Assembly (NCBI GenBank): GCA_900551855.1
Contig: URXM01000003.1
Location: 11,895-75,894, forward strand
Direction: 5' to 3'
Length of the DNA: 64,000 bases
From: an uncultured Eubacteriales bacterium
GTDB lineage: Bacteria; Bacillota; Clostridia; Christensenellales; UBA1242
Both the position numbers and the translations under genes were made by a program. Each line of letters opens with the position of its first letter. The stretch's first letter is position 1. Below the pieces are notes generated by a model that was not told where the DNA came from, made no database searches, and worked only from the letters and a program-made list of their open reading frames with translations. Positions 55,979 through 64,000 of this stretch are shown piece after piece.

Positions 55979-57010
55979 ATGAATGAATATGGTTTGCAAT
56001 TTGGTAAAAGGATTCATAACGAATCAAAACATAATTGGGAGATTATTGATGTTGAACATTTTCGCATAACTCGTCCAACTGTGTTTATTATTGGCGGTAT
56101 GGGGACATTTAGCGACAGTCAAGCAAATGGTTATTGCAAGCTTGTTGGGAGTTTGTTGGGTGTTTTTAGCGATGATGTTGACATTATTTCAACCAAATAC
56201 AGCAATACTTTAAGAAATGATGAAATTTTTGATTATATAATTCCTATAGTTGACAATCTTTTTGTGCCATTGGTCAGCGAAAACAACAAAAGATTGGATG
56301 TTATGCAAGCATGCAAGAATATGAGAAGATTGACTATGTTTTCTCATTGTTATGGTGCAGAAATAGTGAGAGAATTTGAAAACATTTTGTCGGACAGAAT
56401 GTATGATTTGGGATATAGTTCTGCAGAACAAGACAAAATTTTGAGACAAGCTTTTCTTGTGTCTTATGCAAGTTTTATAAACAACAACGATTTGAAATGT
56501 AAATTTATTGATGTGACTTCTCCCGAAGATGATATGCTGTTCTACAATGGCTATTGGATTTGGAATAACATTATAAACAAAATCGATGATGTTGATTTAT
56601 CTGCCGAAGATTTTAAACAAATGAAAAAGATTAAGCTTGGCGAGTATGGTTCTTTGGAAGTTTATCCACTCTATAAAAGCAAAGAAAGATGCTTTATATA
56701 TAGAGAGGAAAATGGACTTTATTTGGCAACAACTCATTTGCACAAAACTGATACTTTTGATCATTCTGTCAAAGAAATGTCAAGGAAGAAAGATTGGCAA
56801 CCACATCAGAACACTTCAAAAGCAGGTGATTTTGTTTCTAGATGTCTCTCTTGTGCATTGTGTCATAGTGTCGCAACTTCAATTATGAACGAAAAAAGTG
56901 ATAGTTTGGTGCCTTTGAAGTTGAGTAAGTTGAAAAAAGAACTTGAAAGTGTTGTCAGTCCTTTAAACCACGATCAAAAAGATTATTTCAGTGCAGAATA
57001 TGAACACTAA
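55979..57010 (+). CDS. hypothetical protein, alpha/beta-hydrolase-like with Cys in the nucleophile elbow
   Basis: VFIIGGMGT (oxyanion-like) and the MFSHCYGAE elbow (S-H-C-Y-G compared with the canonical G-H-S-x-G). Later candidate acid and His residues in SPEDD and DTFDHS. Confidence 0.3.
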   Translation: MNEYGLQFGKRIHNESKHNWEIIDVEHFRITRPTVFIIGGMGTFSDSQANGYCKLVGSLLGVFSDDVDIISTKYSNTLRNDEIFDYIIPIVDNLFVPLVSENNKRLDVMQACKNMRRLTMFSHCYGAEIVREFENILSDRMYDLGYSSAEQDKILRQAFLVSYASFINNNDLKCKFIDVTSPEDDMLFYNGYWIWNNIINKIDDVDLSAEDFKQMKKIKLGEYGSLEVYPLYKSKERCFIYREENGLYLATTHLHKTDTFDHSVKEMSRKKDWQPHQNTSKAGDFVSRCLSCALCHSVATSIMNEKSDSLVPLKLSKLKKELESVVSPLNHDQKDYFSAEYEH

Positions 57011-57055
57011 TTGATAGAAAATTGAAATTTGAAACTGTTTTTTTTGATAAAAGAG

Positions 57056-57084
57056 TTGTCAAATTTGTCGGTATGTGTTAAAAT
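57056..57084 (+). promoter_or_regulatory. sigma-A type promoter upstream of efp (extended -10)
   Basis: TTGTCA, a 17-nt spacer, then TAAAAT preceded by TGT. Confidence 0.4.
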
Positions 57085-57122
57085 AAAAAAGTAGAAAAAA
57101 TTTAGTTAATAGGAGATTATTT

Positions 57123-57683
57123 ATGGTTACAGCAGGTGATTTTAGAAAAGGAACAACCTTTGAAATGGATGGAAATGTTTACAATGTTATTGAATTTATG
57201 CATGTTAAGCCAGGAAAAGGTTCTCCATTTGTTAGAGCAAAAATTAAAAACGTTATGACAGGTCAAGTTCAAGAAACAACTTTCAATCCATCTGACAAAT
57301 TCCAAGATGCAGTTATTGAAAAGAAAGAAATGCTTTATCTTTATAACGATGGAGATCTCTATTATTTTATGGATAATGAAACTTATGAACAGATGCCTTT
57401 AAACAAAGATACTGTTGCTGATGCTTTAAACTTTGTTACAGAAAATATGCCAACAACTATGTATATGTATAAGGGTGTTCCATTCGCAGTTTATCCTCCA
57501 ACTTTCGTAGAACTTGAAGTTGTTGATACAGAACCAGGAATTCAAGGAGATACTTCAAAAGCTTCTTTGAAACCAGCTACTCTTTCAACAGGTTATGTAA
57601 TCCGTGTTCCACTTTTTGTTAACACAGGTGATGTTATTAGAGTTGACACAAGAGACGGTTCTTACATGGAAAAAATTAAGTAA
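57123..57683 (+). CDS. efp: translation elongation factor P
   Basis: The motif [17 protein letters not shown], 186 aa, and a strong AGGAG RBS. Confidence 0.95.
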   Translation: MVTAGDFRKGTTFEMDGNVYNVIEFMHVKPGKGSPFVRAKIKNVMTGQVQETTFNPSDKFQDAVIEKKEMLYLYNDGDLYYFMDNETYEQMPLNKDTVADALNFVTENMPTTMYMYKGVPFAVYPPTFVELEVVDTEPGIQGDTSKASLKPATLSTGYVIRVPLFVNTGDVIRVDTRDGSYMEKIK

Positions 57684-57704
57684 TCTAAATTTTATATAAA
57701 AAAT

Positions 57705-57734
57705 AAAAACATATCAATTTGATATGTTTTTTTT
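57705..57734. terminator. bidirectional terminator between efp and the convergent tdk-like gene
   Basis: Hairpin AAACATATCA-att-TGATATGTTT flanked by an A-run and a T-run. Confidence 0.65.
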
Positions 57735-57746
57735 ATTGTTATTTTG

Positions 57747-58706
57747 TTATTCAAAATCTTCGTGGTCAACTGTTTTTTTGATTTGTTTAAGCCATTTTGT
57801 CATAGTATTGTCTTCAATCAATGCTTTGAGAAGTCCTGGCTTTATTTTTTCAAGTTTAAGGACATAAGAGATAAGAGCCATCATATAATCAAAATCTTTG
57901 TCCTTCATAACTATTTTTCTGAGGGTGTCAATGTTTTCGTTTATCAACAAAATCTTTTGTGGGTTTTTGATTTCAAACTCTTTGAAATCATCTATAAATG
58001 ATTTTACATCATCATCATAAACTACATAAGGTTTTTGCAAAACAACATTGTCCATTGGAAGATCTGTAGACCAATTTCCCGCATCTTCCTTGTTTTTCAA
58101 AATCTTAAGGTGTTTGATTATTTTGTCATAAATTTTTGCTTTTCTTTGTTCTTTCATATAACAGGTGTAGCAAAGACCTTTGAAATTATCGTCTGAATTG
58201 AAATCTATTTCATCACCATTTGTGCAGATAAGTCCATGTGAGAATTTGGCATTGATAATTGCTTTCTTACCACATTCGCAAAGGCTTTTTAATTCTTTCA
58301 TATCATCACAAACTTCTACAAGGCGTTTGCTACCTTCAAAAAGTTCGCCTTTAAAGTTTGTCAAAAGTCCGTAGCACAAAACTGGAACTTTTGTCGTTAA
58401 ACTTCTAAGCTGATCAATTTGTCTTTTTGTGCAGAATTGACATTCTATAACAATAATTACATGGATCTTGCTTAATTTATTTTCTTTTTCAAAAAATTTT
58501 TCCAAATTTTCATCTTGAGCAAATGCATAGCAAGGGGCAGTCAAGCCAACTTTTGACACAACTTCATCTTCTTTGTATCTTGTGTCAATTTTTGGTTTCA
58601 TCAAAAGGACGCCTTTGCCTTTTTGAATATATTTATTTCTTAATACCAATGCTGATGCGGTTTTTGATGCTCCAATTGTTCCGTATCTGAAATGTAACAT
58701 TCCCAT
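57747..58706 (-). CDS. tdk: thymidine kinase (TK1 family)-like protein with variant P-loop and ~125-aa C-terminal extension
   Basis: TK1 layout: P-loop YGTIGASKT, LMKPKIDTRY, VIIVIECQF, YGLLTNFKGELFEGS, and zinc-ribbon CECGKKA...GLCYTCY. An extra helical C-terminal domain has no recognised motif. Confidence 0.65.
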   Translation of the reverse strand: MGMLHFRYGTIGASKTASALVLRNKYIQKGKGVLLMKPKIDTRYKEDEVVSKVGLTAPCYAFAQDENLEKFFEKENKLSKIHVIIVIECQFCTKRQIDQLRSLTTKVPVLCYGLLTNFKGELFEGSKRLVEVCDDMKELKSLCECGKKAIINAKFSHGLICTNGDEIDFNSDDNFKGLCYTCYMKEQRKAKIYDKIIKHLKILKNKEDAGNWSTDLPMDNVVLQKPYVVYDDDVKSFIDDFKEFEIKNPQKILLINENIDTLRKIVMKDKDFDYMMALISYVLKLEKIKPGLLKALIEDNTMTKWLKQIKKTVDHEDFE

Positions 58707-58860
58707 TGTTGAACTCCTTTCAAATATGATAACAAATTTTTTGTTTTTTTCAAAATAATGTTAAGTAATTTTATTTATTTGATTAAATTTTTATTAGAAA
58801 ACTGAAATTATTTGGAAAGTGTTTGTTTGATAGTGTATAATCTTATCAGGAGAAAATTAC

Positions 58861-60666
58861 TTGAAAGATTTAAGCTTAATAAGAAATTTTTGCATTATTG
58901 CACACATAGATCATGGTAAAAGCACTTTGGCGGACAGATTGATTGAGATGACTGGCACTGTCTCTAAAAGAGATATGCAAAGTCAAATTCTGGACAGTAT
59001 GGAACTTGAAAGAGAAAAAGGAATCACTATCAAACTTGCACCAACAAGACTTATTTATGACTATCAAGGGAAAGAATATACACTGAATTTGATTGACACT
59101 CCAGGGCATGTTGACTTTACTTATGAAGTTTCTCGTTCGCTTGCCGCTTGTGAGGGTGCAATTCTTTTGGTTGATGCATCACAAGGGGTGGAAGCTCAAA
59201 CCTTGGCAAACACTTATCTTGCTCTTGACAACAACCTTGAAACTGTGCCTGTTATAAACAAAATTGACTTGCCTTCTGCAAGAGTTGATGAAGTTAAACT
59301 TGAGATAGAAGATGTCATCGGCTTGGATGCAGAAGATTGTCCTTGCATTTCTGCAAAAGACGGAATAAACATTGACCAAGTTTTGAAAGCTATTATAACA
59401 AAAATACCTGCACCAGTCGGTGACGAAACAAAACCTTTGAAAGCTCTCATTTTTGATAGTCATTATGACAACTTTAAAGGTGCAATTTGTTTGATTAGAG
59501 TTTTTGACGGAACTGTGAAAGCTGGTGACAAGATTTTGATGATGCAAACTGGCAAGGTCTTTGATGTCACAGAAGTAGGAATTTTTGTGCCAAACACAAA
59601 ACAATGTGACAGTCTTTCAGCAGGAGATGTTGGGTATATTGCAGCTTCAATCAAAACCATTTCTGATGTAAAAGTAGGCGACACTGTGACTCTTGCAGAT
59701 AACCCTATTGAAGCGCCACTTGCTGGATATAAAGAAGTTCAACCTGTCGTTTATTGTGGTATTTTCCCAGTTGATGGCGCAAAATATTACGAACTTAAAG
59801 ACGGGCTTGAAAAACTTAAATTGAATGATGCAAGTTTGCATTTTATGCCAGAAGTTTCAACTGCTCTTGGTTATGGATTTAGATGCGGGTTTTTGGGGTT
59901 GTTGCATCTTGAAATCATAACTGAAAGGTTGGAAAGAGAGTTCAATCTTGACATAATAACAACAGCACCAAGTGTTTCTTATCATGTTTACAAAACAAAT
60001 GGGGAGATGATTGAAGTTTCAAACCCTTCAAATCTTCCACCTGCTGTTGAAATTGACAGAATTGAAGAACCTGTGGTAAATGTTCATGTTTTTACACCAC
60101 CAGAATATGTTGGGACTATAATGGAACTTTGCCAAGACAAGCGTGGAATTTATAAGGATATGCAATACCTTGACAAGAAGAGAGTAGAGCTTAAATACAC
60201 TCTTCCTTTGGGAGAAATTATTTACGACTTTTTCGATAGTTTAAAATCAAGAACGAAAGGTTATGCAAGTTTTGATTACGAACTTGCTGGCTTTGAAAAG
60301 GCGGATCTTGTCAAAGTCGATTTGATGCTCAATGGAGAAAAGTGTGATGCTTTGTCATTGATTGTTCACAAAGACAAGGCTTACAACAGAGGAAGAGAGC
60401 TTGCTGAAAGATTGAAAAAAATCATTCCAAGACAACTGTTTGAAGTCCCAATTCAAGCGTGCATAGGAAACAAAATTATTGCGCGTGAGACAATCTCAGC
60501 AATGAGAAAAGATGTCCTTGCGAAGTGTTATGGTGGGGACATAACAAGAAAGCGTAAATTGCTCGAAAAACAAAAAGAAGGGAAGAAGAGAATGAGAAAG
60601 ATTGGCTCTGTTGAAATACCATCTGAAGCGTTTATGAGCATTTTGAAGTTGGATGATGAAGAATAA
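58861..60666 (+). CDS. lepA: translation elongation factor 4
   Basis: Motifs [25 protein letters not shown] and the C-terminal LepA domain. TTG start after an AGGAG RBS. Confidence 0.95.
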   Translation: MKDLSLIRNFCIIAHIDHGKSTLADRLIEMTGTVSKRDMQSQILDSMELEREKGITIKLAPTRLIYDYQGKEYTLNLIDTPGHVDFTYEVSRSLAACEGAILLVDASQGVEAQTLANTYLALDNNLETVPVINKIDLPSARVDEVKLEIEDVIGLDAEDCPCISAKDGINIDQVLKAIITKIPAPVGDETKPLKALIFDSHYDNFKGAICLIRVFDGTVKAGDKILMMQTGKVFDVTEVGIFVPNTKQCDSLSAGDVGYIAASIKTISDVKVGDTVTLADNPIEAPLAGYKEVQPVVYCGIFPVDGAKYYELKDGLEKLKLNDASLHFMPEVSTALGYGFRCGFLGLLHLEIITERLEREFNLDIITTAPSVSYHVYKTNGEMIEVSNPSNLPPAVEIDRIEEPVVNVHVFTPPEYVGTIMELCQDKRGIYKDMQYLDKKRVELKYTLPLGEIIYDFFDSLKSRTKGYASFDYELAGFEKADLVKVDLMLNGEKCDALSLIVHKDKAYNRGRELAERLKKIIPRQLFEVPIQACIGNKIIARETISAMRKDVLAKCYGGDITRKRKLLEKQKEGKKRMRKIGSVEIPSEAFMSILKLDDEE

Positions 60667-61756
60667 AGATATTTCAATTTATATTCACATACCTTTTTGC
60701 GAGCAAAAGTGCAATTATTGTGCTTTTAACTCTTTCTGTGCCAGTGATGAGATAAAAGAAAAATACATTGATTTGTTGTGTAATGAAATTAGACGCAGAA
60801 AGTGTGATAGGATTGTTAAAACAATCTACATTGGTGGAGGAACGCCAAGCATATTAAATGAAAAACAGATTGAAAAAATTGTAAATACTTTGTATGAATG
60901 TTTTGATGTTTATGACAATGCAGAGTTTACTATTGAGGCAAACCCAAATTCTATAACAGAAAGTTTGCTTCAAACTTGGAAAAATTTGAGAGTGAATAGG
61001 TTGAGCATAGGAGTTCAGTCTTTAAAAGATTCTAGTTTAAGAAAAATAGGCAGGCTTCACGACAAGAAAACTGCTTTGGAAAAGATCAAACTTGCAAGAA
61101 AGTATTTTGACAATGTTTCAGCAGATTTAATAGTTGGGCTGGAAAATGAAAGTGGCAAAGATTTGTGCCATTATGCAAAACAACTTTTAGAACTGGGCGT
61201 TAAACACATTTCTTGCTATTTGCTTGAGATTTATGAAAACACAAAATTATATCAAATGATAAAAGATAAAAAATACGCTCCATTAAGTGATGATAAAACG
61301 ATTGAAGCGTTCAATAAACTTTCAAATTATTTGTGTGACAAAGGCTTGGAAAGATATGAAATAAGCAACTTTGCATATCCAGGTTATGAAAGTAAACACA
61401 ACTTGAATTATTGGGCTAGGGGAGATTATCTCGGTTTTGGAATCTCTGCACATTCTTTTGTTGATGGCAAAAGGTTGAAGAATGCTGAGAGCTTGATGGA
61501 TTATGAAAAAGGTAAGATTGAAATTGAAGAGCTTACCGTTCAAGAACAAATTGAAGAAATTATTATGCTGGGGCTGAGATGCAAATTGGGAGTCAATTTG
61601 ACAGAAATTGAAAAATTGGGATATAATCTTGTTGAAAACAAATATTATAAAGATTATGTTTCAAATGGAATTTTAACTCGTAAACAAAACATGCTTTATT
61701 TGAATCCTCTGTTTTATCACATCAGCAACACAATCATATCGAATTTATTTCAATAA
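60653..61756 (+). CDS. hemW: radical SAM family heme chaperone HemW
   Basis: [10 protein letters not shown] (CxxxCxxC motif), a HemN_C-like tail, and the position after lepA. Confidence 0.85.
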   Translation: MMKNKDISIYIHIPFCEQKCNYCAFNSFCASDEIKEKYIDLLCNEIRRRKCDRIVKTIYIGGGTPSILNEKQIEKIVNTLYECFDVYDNAEFTIEANPNSITESLLQTWKNLRVNRLSIGVQSLKDSSLRKIGRLHDKKTALEKIKLARKYFDNVSADLIVGLENESGKDLCHYAKQLLELGVKHISCYLLEIYENTKLYQMIKDKKYAPLSDDKTIEAFNKLSNYLCDKGLERYEISNFAYPGYESKHNLNYWARGDYLGFGISAHSFVDGKRLKNAESLMDYEKGKIEIEELTVQEQIEEIIMLGLRCKLGVNLTEIEKLGYNLVENKYYKDYVSNGILTRKQNMLYLNPLFYHISNTIISNLFQ

Positions 61757-61826
61757 AAAGTTGCAAGCATATTTTTATTATGATATAATAAGCGTAAAGT
61801 TTTTAAACTTGACAATAGGAGTGTAA

Positions 61827-62165
61827 ATGTCAAAAATTCAACTTCAAGATTTTGTTAGATATGGAAGATTGTTTGAAATTTATGGGGGATTATTGAGCGA
61901 AGATAGGCAAAAAATAATGACTTCATATTTTGAATACAATATGACACTTGTTGAAATTGCTGAAGAACGCAACATAACAAGGCAAGCTGTTCTTGATGCA
62001 ATTGATAAATCGTGCGAAAAATTGGACAAGTTTGAAAGTCAGTTGAAGTTAAACGAAAACAAACAAAAACTTGTTTTGAAGTTGCAAGAGATAAAAAACT
62101 TGGCAGATAAAAATTTGCAAGTGGATATTTCAGAAAAAGTCGATAATATTTTAAGGAAGTTATAA
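61827..62165 (+). CDS. ylxM: YlxM/p13-like putative DNA-binding protein (UPF0122)
   Basis: The pattern LFEIYGGLLSEDRQKIMTSYFEYNMTLVEIAEERNITRQAV, immediately upstream of ffh. Confidence 0.8.
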   Translation: MSKIQLQDFVRYGRLFEIYGGLLSEDRQKIMTSYFEYNMTLVEIAEERNITRQAVLDAIDKSCEKLDKFESQLKLNENKQKLVLKLQEIKNLADKNLQVDISEKVDNILRKL

Positions 62166-63478
62166 TGGCACTATTTTCATCATTATCAGAAAGATTTAAT
62201 CACATTTTTTCAAAGTTGACTAAGCGTGGAAAGTTGACAGAGCTTGAAATTAAAGAGGCAATGCGTGAAGTTAGGATTGCTCTTTTGGAAGCCGATGTAA
62301 ACTATATGGTGGCAAAGAAATTTGTTGCTGATACCACTGAAAAAGCAATCGGTGAAGAAGTTATGAAGAGTTTGACTCCTGGTCAAATGGTTATCAAAAT
62401 TGTCAAGGACGAGTTGACAAAACTTATTTCGTCCGACAATCAAAAACTTCAAATTGCATCAAATCCACCAACAGTTATTATGATGTGTGGTCTTCAAGGT
62501 GCTGGTAAGACAACAATGTGTGGCAAACTTGCTTATCACTTGAAAAAGAGTGGTAAAAAACCTCTTTTGGTTGCTTGCGATATTTATAGACCTGCGGCAA
62601 TAAATCAGTTGCAAGTTGTGGGAAAAACTGCAAATGTTGAAGTGTTTGAAAGAGGAACTCAAAATCCAGTTAAGACTGCAAAGCAATCAATAGAACATGC
62701 AAAAAAACAGGGGTATGATGTTGTTATCATCGATACGGCGGGCAGACTTCACATAAATCAAGAATTGATGCAAGAACTCAAAGACATCAAAAAAGAAGTC
62801 AAACCAACAGAGATTTTGCTTGTTGTTGATGCAATGACTGGACAAGATGCAGTTACTATTGCCGAAAGTTTCAACAATGATTTGGATATAACAGGAGTTG
62901 TGCTTACAAAACTTGATGGCGATACTCGTGGTGGTGCTGCTTTGTCTATAAAAGCAATCACAGGCAAGCCAATAAAATTCTCTGGTGTTGGAGAAAAAAT
63001 TGGAGATTTGGAGCCATTCTATCCAGATCGTATTGCAAGCAGAATTTTGGGAATGGGTGATGTGCTTTCTTTGATTGAAAAAGCACAAGAAGCTGTTACT
63101 GAAGAAGAAGCAAAGAAGTTGGAAGAAAAGTTTAGAGAAAATTCTTTCACTTTTGAAGACTATCTCGTTCAAATGGAAAACTTGAAAAAGATGGGAAACA
63201 TCAATGACCTTATTGGTATGATCCCTGGTATGGCTTCAAAAATGAAAGGTATAAACATTGATGAAAAACAACTTTCAGTAAACAAAGCAATTATTCAGAG
63301 TATGACTAAAGAAGAAAGATTGCATCCAGAAATTATTAAGGCTGGCAGAAGAAAACGTATTGCTGACGGAAGTGGAACAACGATCCAACAAGTAAACACT
63401 CTTTTGAAGCAATTTGAGCAATCAAAAGAAATGATGAAACAACTCAAAAACAAAAAAGGTTTTAGAAGAATGTTTTAA
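62165..63478 (+). CDS. ffh: signal recognition particle protein
   Basis: Motifs GLQGAGKTT, DTAGR and TKLDGD, plus a Met-rich M domain. Confidence 0.95.
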   Translation: MALFSSLSERFNHIFSKLTKRGKLTELEIKEAMREVRIALLEADVNYMVAKKFVADTTEKAIGEEVMKSLTPGQMVIKIVKDELTKLISSDNQKLQIASNPPTVIMMCGLQGAGKTTMCGKLAYHLKKSGKKPLLVACDIYRPAAINQLQVVGKTANVEVFERGTQNPVKTAKQSIEHAKKQGYDVVIIDTAGRLHINQELMQELKDIKKEVKPTEILLVVDAMTGQDAVTIAESFNNDLDITGVVLTKLDGDTRGGAALSIKAITGKPIKFSGVGEKIGDLEPFYPDRIASRILGMGDVLSLIEKAQEAVTEEEAKKLEEKFRENSFTFEDYLVQMENLKKMGNINDLIGMIPGMASKMKGINIDEKQLSVNKAIIQSMTKEERLHPEIIKAGRRKRIADGSGTTIQQVNTLLKQFEQSKEMMKQLKNKKGFRRMF

Positions 63479-63550
63479 TCTTAATGATTGAGATATTTGA
63501 AAAAATAATTAAGTTTTCTTCAAATAAATATAAAATTTTGTTTTAAATGC

Positions 63551-63579
63551 TTTACAAATTGATATTGATGTGTTATAAT
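63551..63579 (+). promoter_or_regulatory. sigma-A type promoter upstream of rpsP (extended -10)
   Basis: TTTACA, a 17-nt spacer, then TATAAT preceded by TGT. Confidence 0.45.
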
Positions 63580-63638
63580 GTAAAGCGAAAATGCTTTACA
63601 GAATACTGATAAAGCAAATTAAATAAAGGAGATAAAAA

Positions 63639-63896
63639 ATGGCTGTTAAAATTAGATTGACAAGATTGGGAGACAAAAAGACACCTTTCTATCGTGTTGT
63701 TGTTGCTGATAGCAAGTGTCCAAGAGATGGAAAATACATCGATTTGCTTGGAACATATAATCCTTTGACAAATCCAGCAGAAATCAAAATTGACAACGAA
63801 AAAGCTCAAAAATGGCTTAAAAACGGTGCTCTTCCAACAGAAACTGCAAAGACAATTTTGGTTAAGAGTGGTGCTATTCAACAAGAAAACAAATAA
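63639..63896 (+). CDS. rpsP: 30S ribosomal protein S16
   Basis: The N-terminus [25 protein letters not shown]. Confidence 0.95.
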   Translation: MAVKIRLTRLGDKKTPFYRVVVADSKCPRDGKYIDLLGTYNPLTNPAEIKIDNEKAQKWLKNGALPTETAKTILVKSGAIQQENK

Positions 63897-63966
63897 CACT
63901 ACAAACAAATGTTTATGCTTTGATTGAAACAATAAAAGATAAAATTTGTTAAGTTAAGGAGACTTT

Positions 63967-64000
63967 ATGGACGAATTATTGACTTTTCTCGTTAAGACAT
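63967..64000 (+). CDS. KH domain RNA-binding protein (YlqC-like), 5' fragment truncated by window end
   Basis: MDELLTFLVKT after an AAGGAG RBS, at the usual position after rpsP. Confidence 0.45.
   Translation, partial: MDELLTFLVKT

Overview
Low-GC Firmicutes/Clostridia-like chromosomal segment, from a spore-former (spoVAC-spoVAD-spoVAE and yunB are present). It is densely packed with core housekeeping genes. All calls rest on motif and synteny recognition by eye; no searches or folding programs were run. Recognisable blocks, in order: (1) rarA. (2) valS. (3) A lone tRNA-Leu. (4) Large surface proteins: a GLUG-repeat protein and an S8 protease with BspA-type LRRs. (5) lemA-DUF2207. (6) The spoVA operon and yunB. 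(7) T-box-controlled ileS. (8) rRNA/tRNA modification genes: an RlmI-like methyltransferase, an RluA-like synthase, tlyA, tadA and rlmH. (9) pepF. (10) The rpsB-tsf-[X]-frr-uppS-cdsA-rseP-[polC-like]-rimP-nusA-ylxR-ylxQ-infB-rbfA-nrnA-truB backbone. (11) efp. (12) lepA-hemW. (13) ylxM-ffh-rpsP. There is no CRISPR array, rRNA, transposase, integrase or intact prophage. I found no clear multi-gene novel system; the points of interest are single genes and local anomalies inside this conserved backbone: (a) a stand-alone tRNA-Leu whose anticodon reads AAG (A34), with tadA in the same window and Leu codon usage restricted to CTT/TTG in tsf; (b) a PolC-derived gene at the polC synteny position that keeps the N-terminal, OB and exonuclease modules but lacks PHP and polymerase; (c) a 643-aa helical-repeat protein with its own consensus promoter and terminator where pyrH normally sits; (d) a 67-aa Cys/Pro-rich microprotein with a possible late-sporulation promoter; (e) an intact orphan large terminase plus a sigma-region-4-like regulator with no other phage genes; (f) a protein combining a HEPN-like Rx4H motif with a CBS pair; (g) atypical thymidylate genes, namely a tandem-motif ThyX-like protein downstream of tadA and a TK1-like kinase with a variant P-loop and a C-terminal extension; (h) an E2-acyltransferase-like protein with its catalytic His replaced by Glu; (i) a Cys-nucleophile alpha/beta-hydrolase-like protein and an Nfo-like TIM barrel where ribF usually follows truB.
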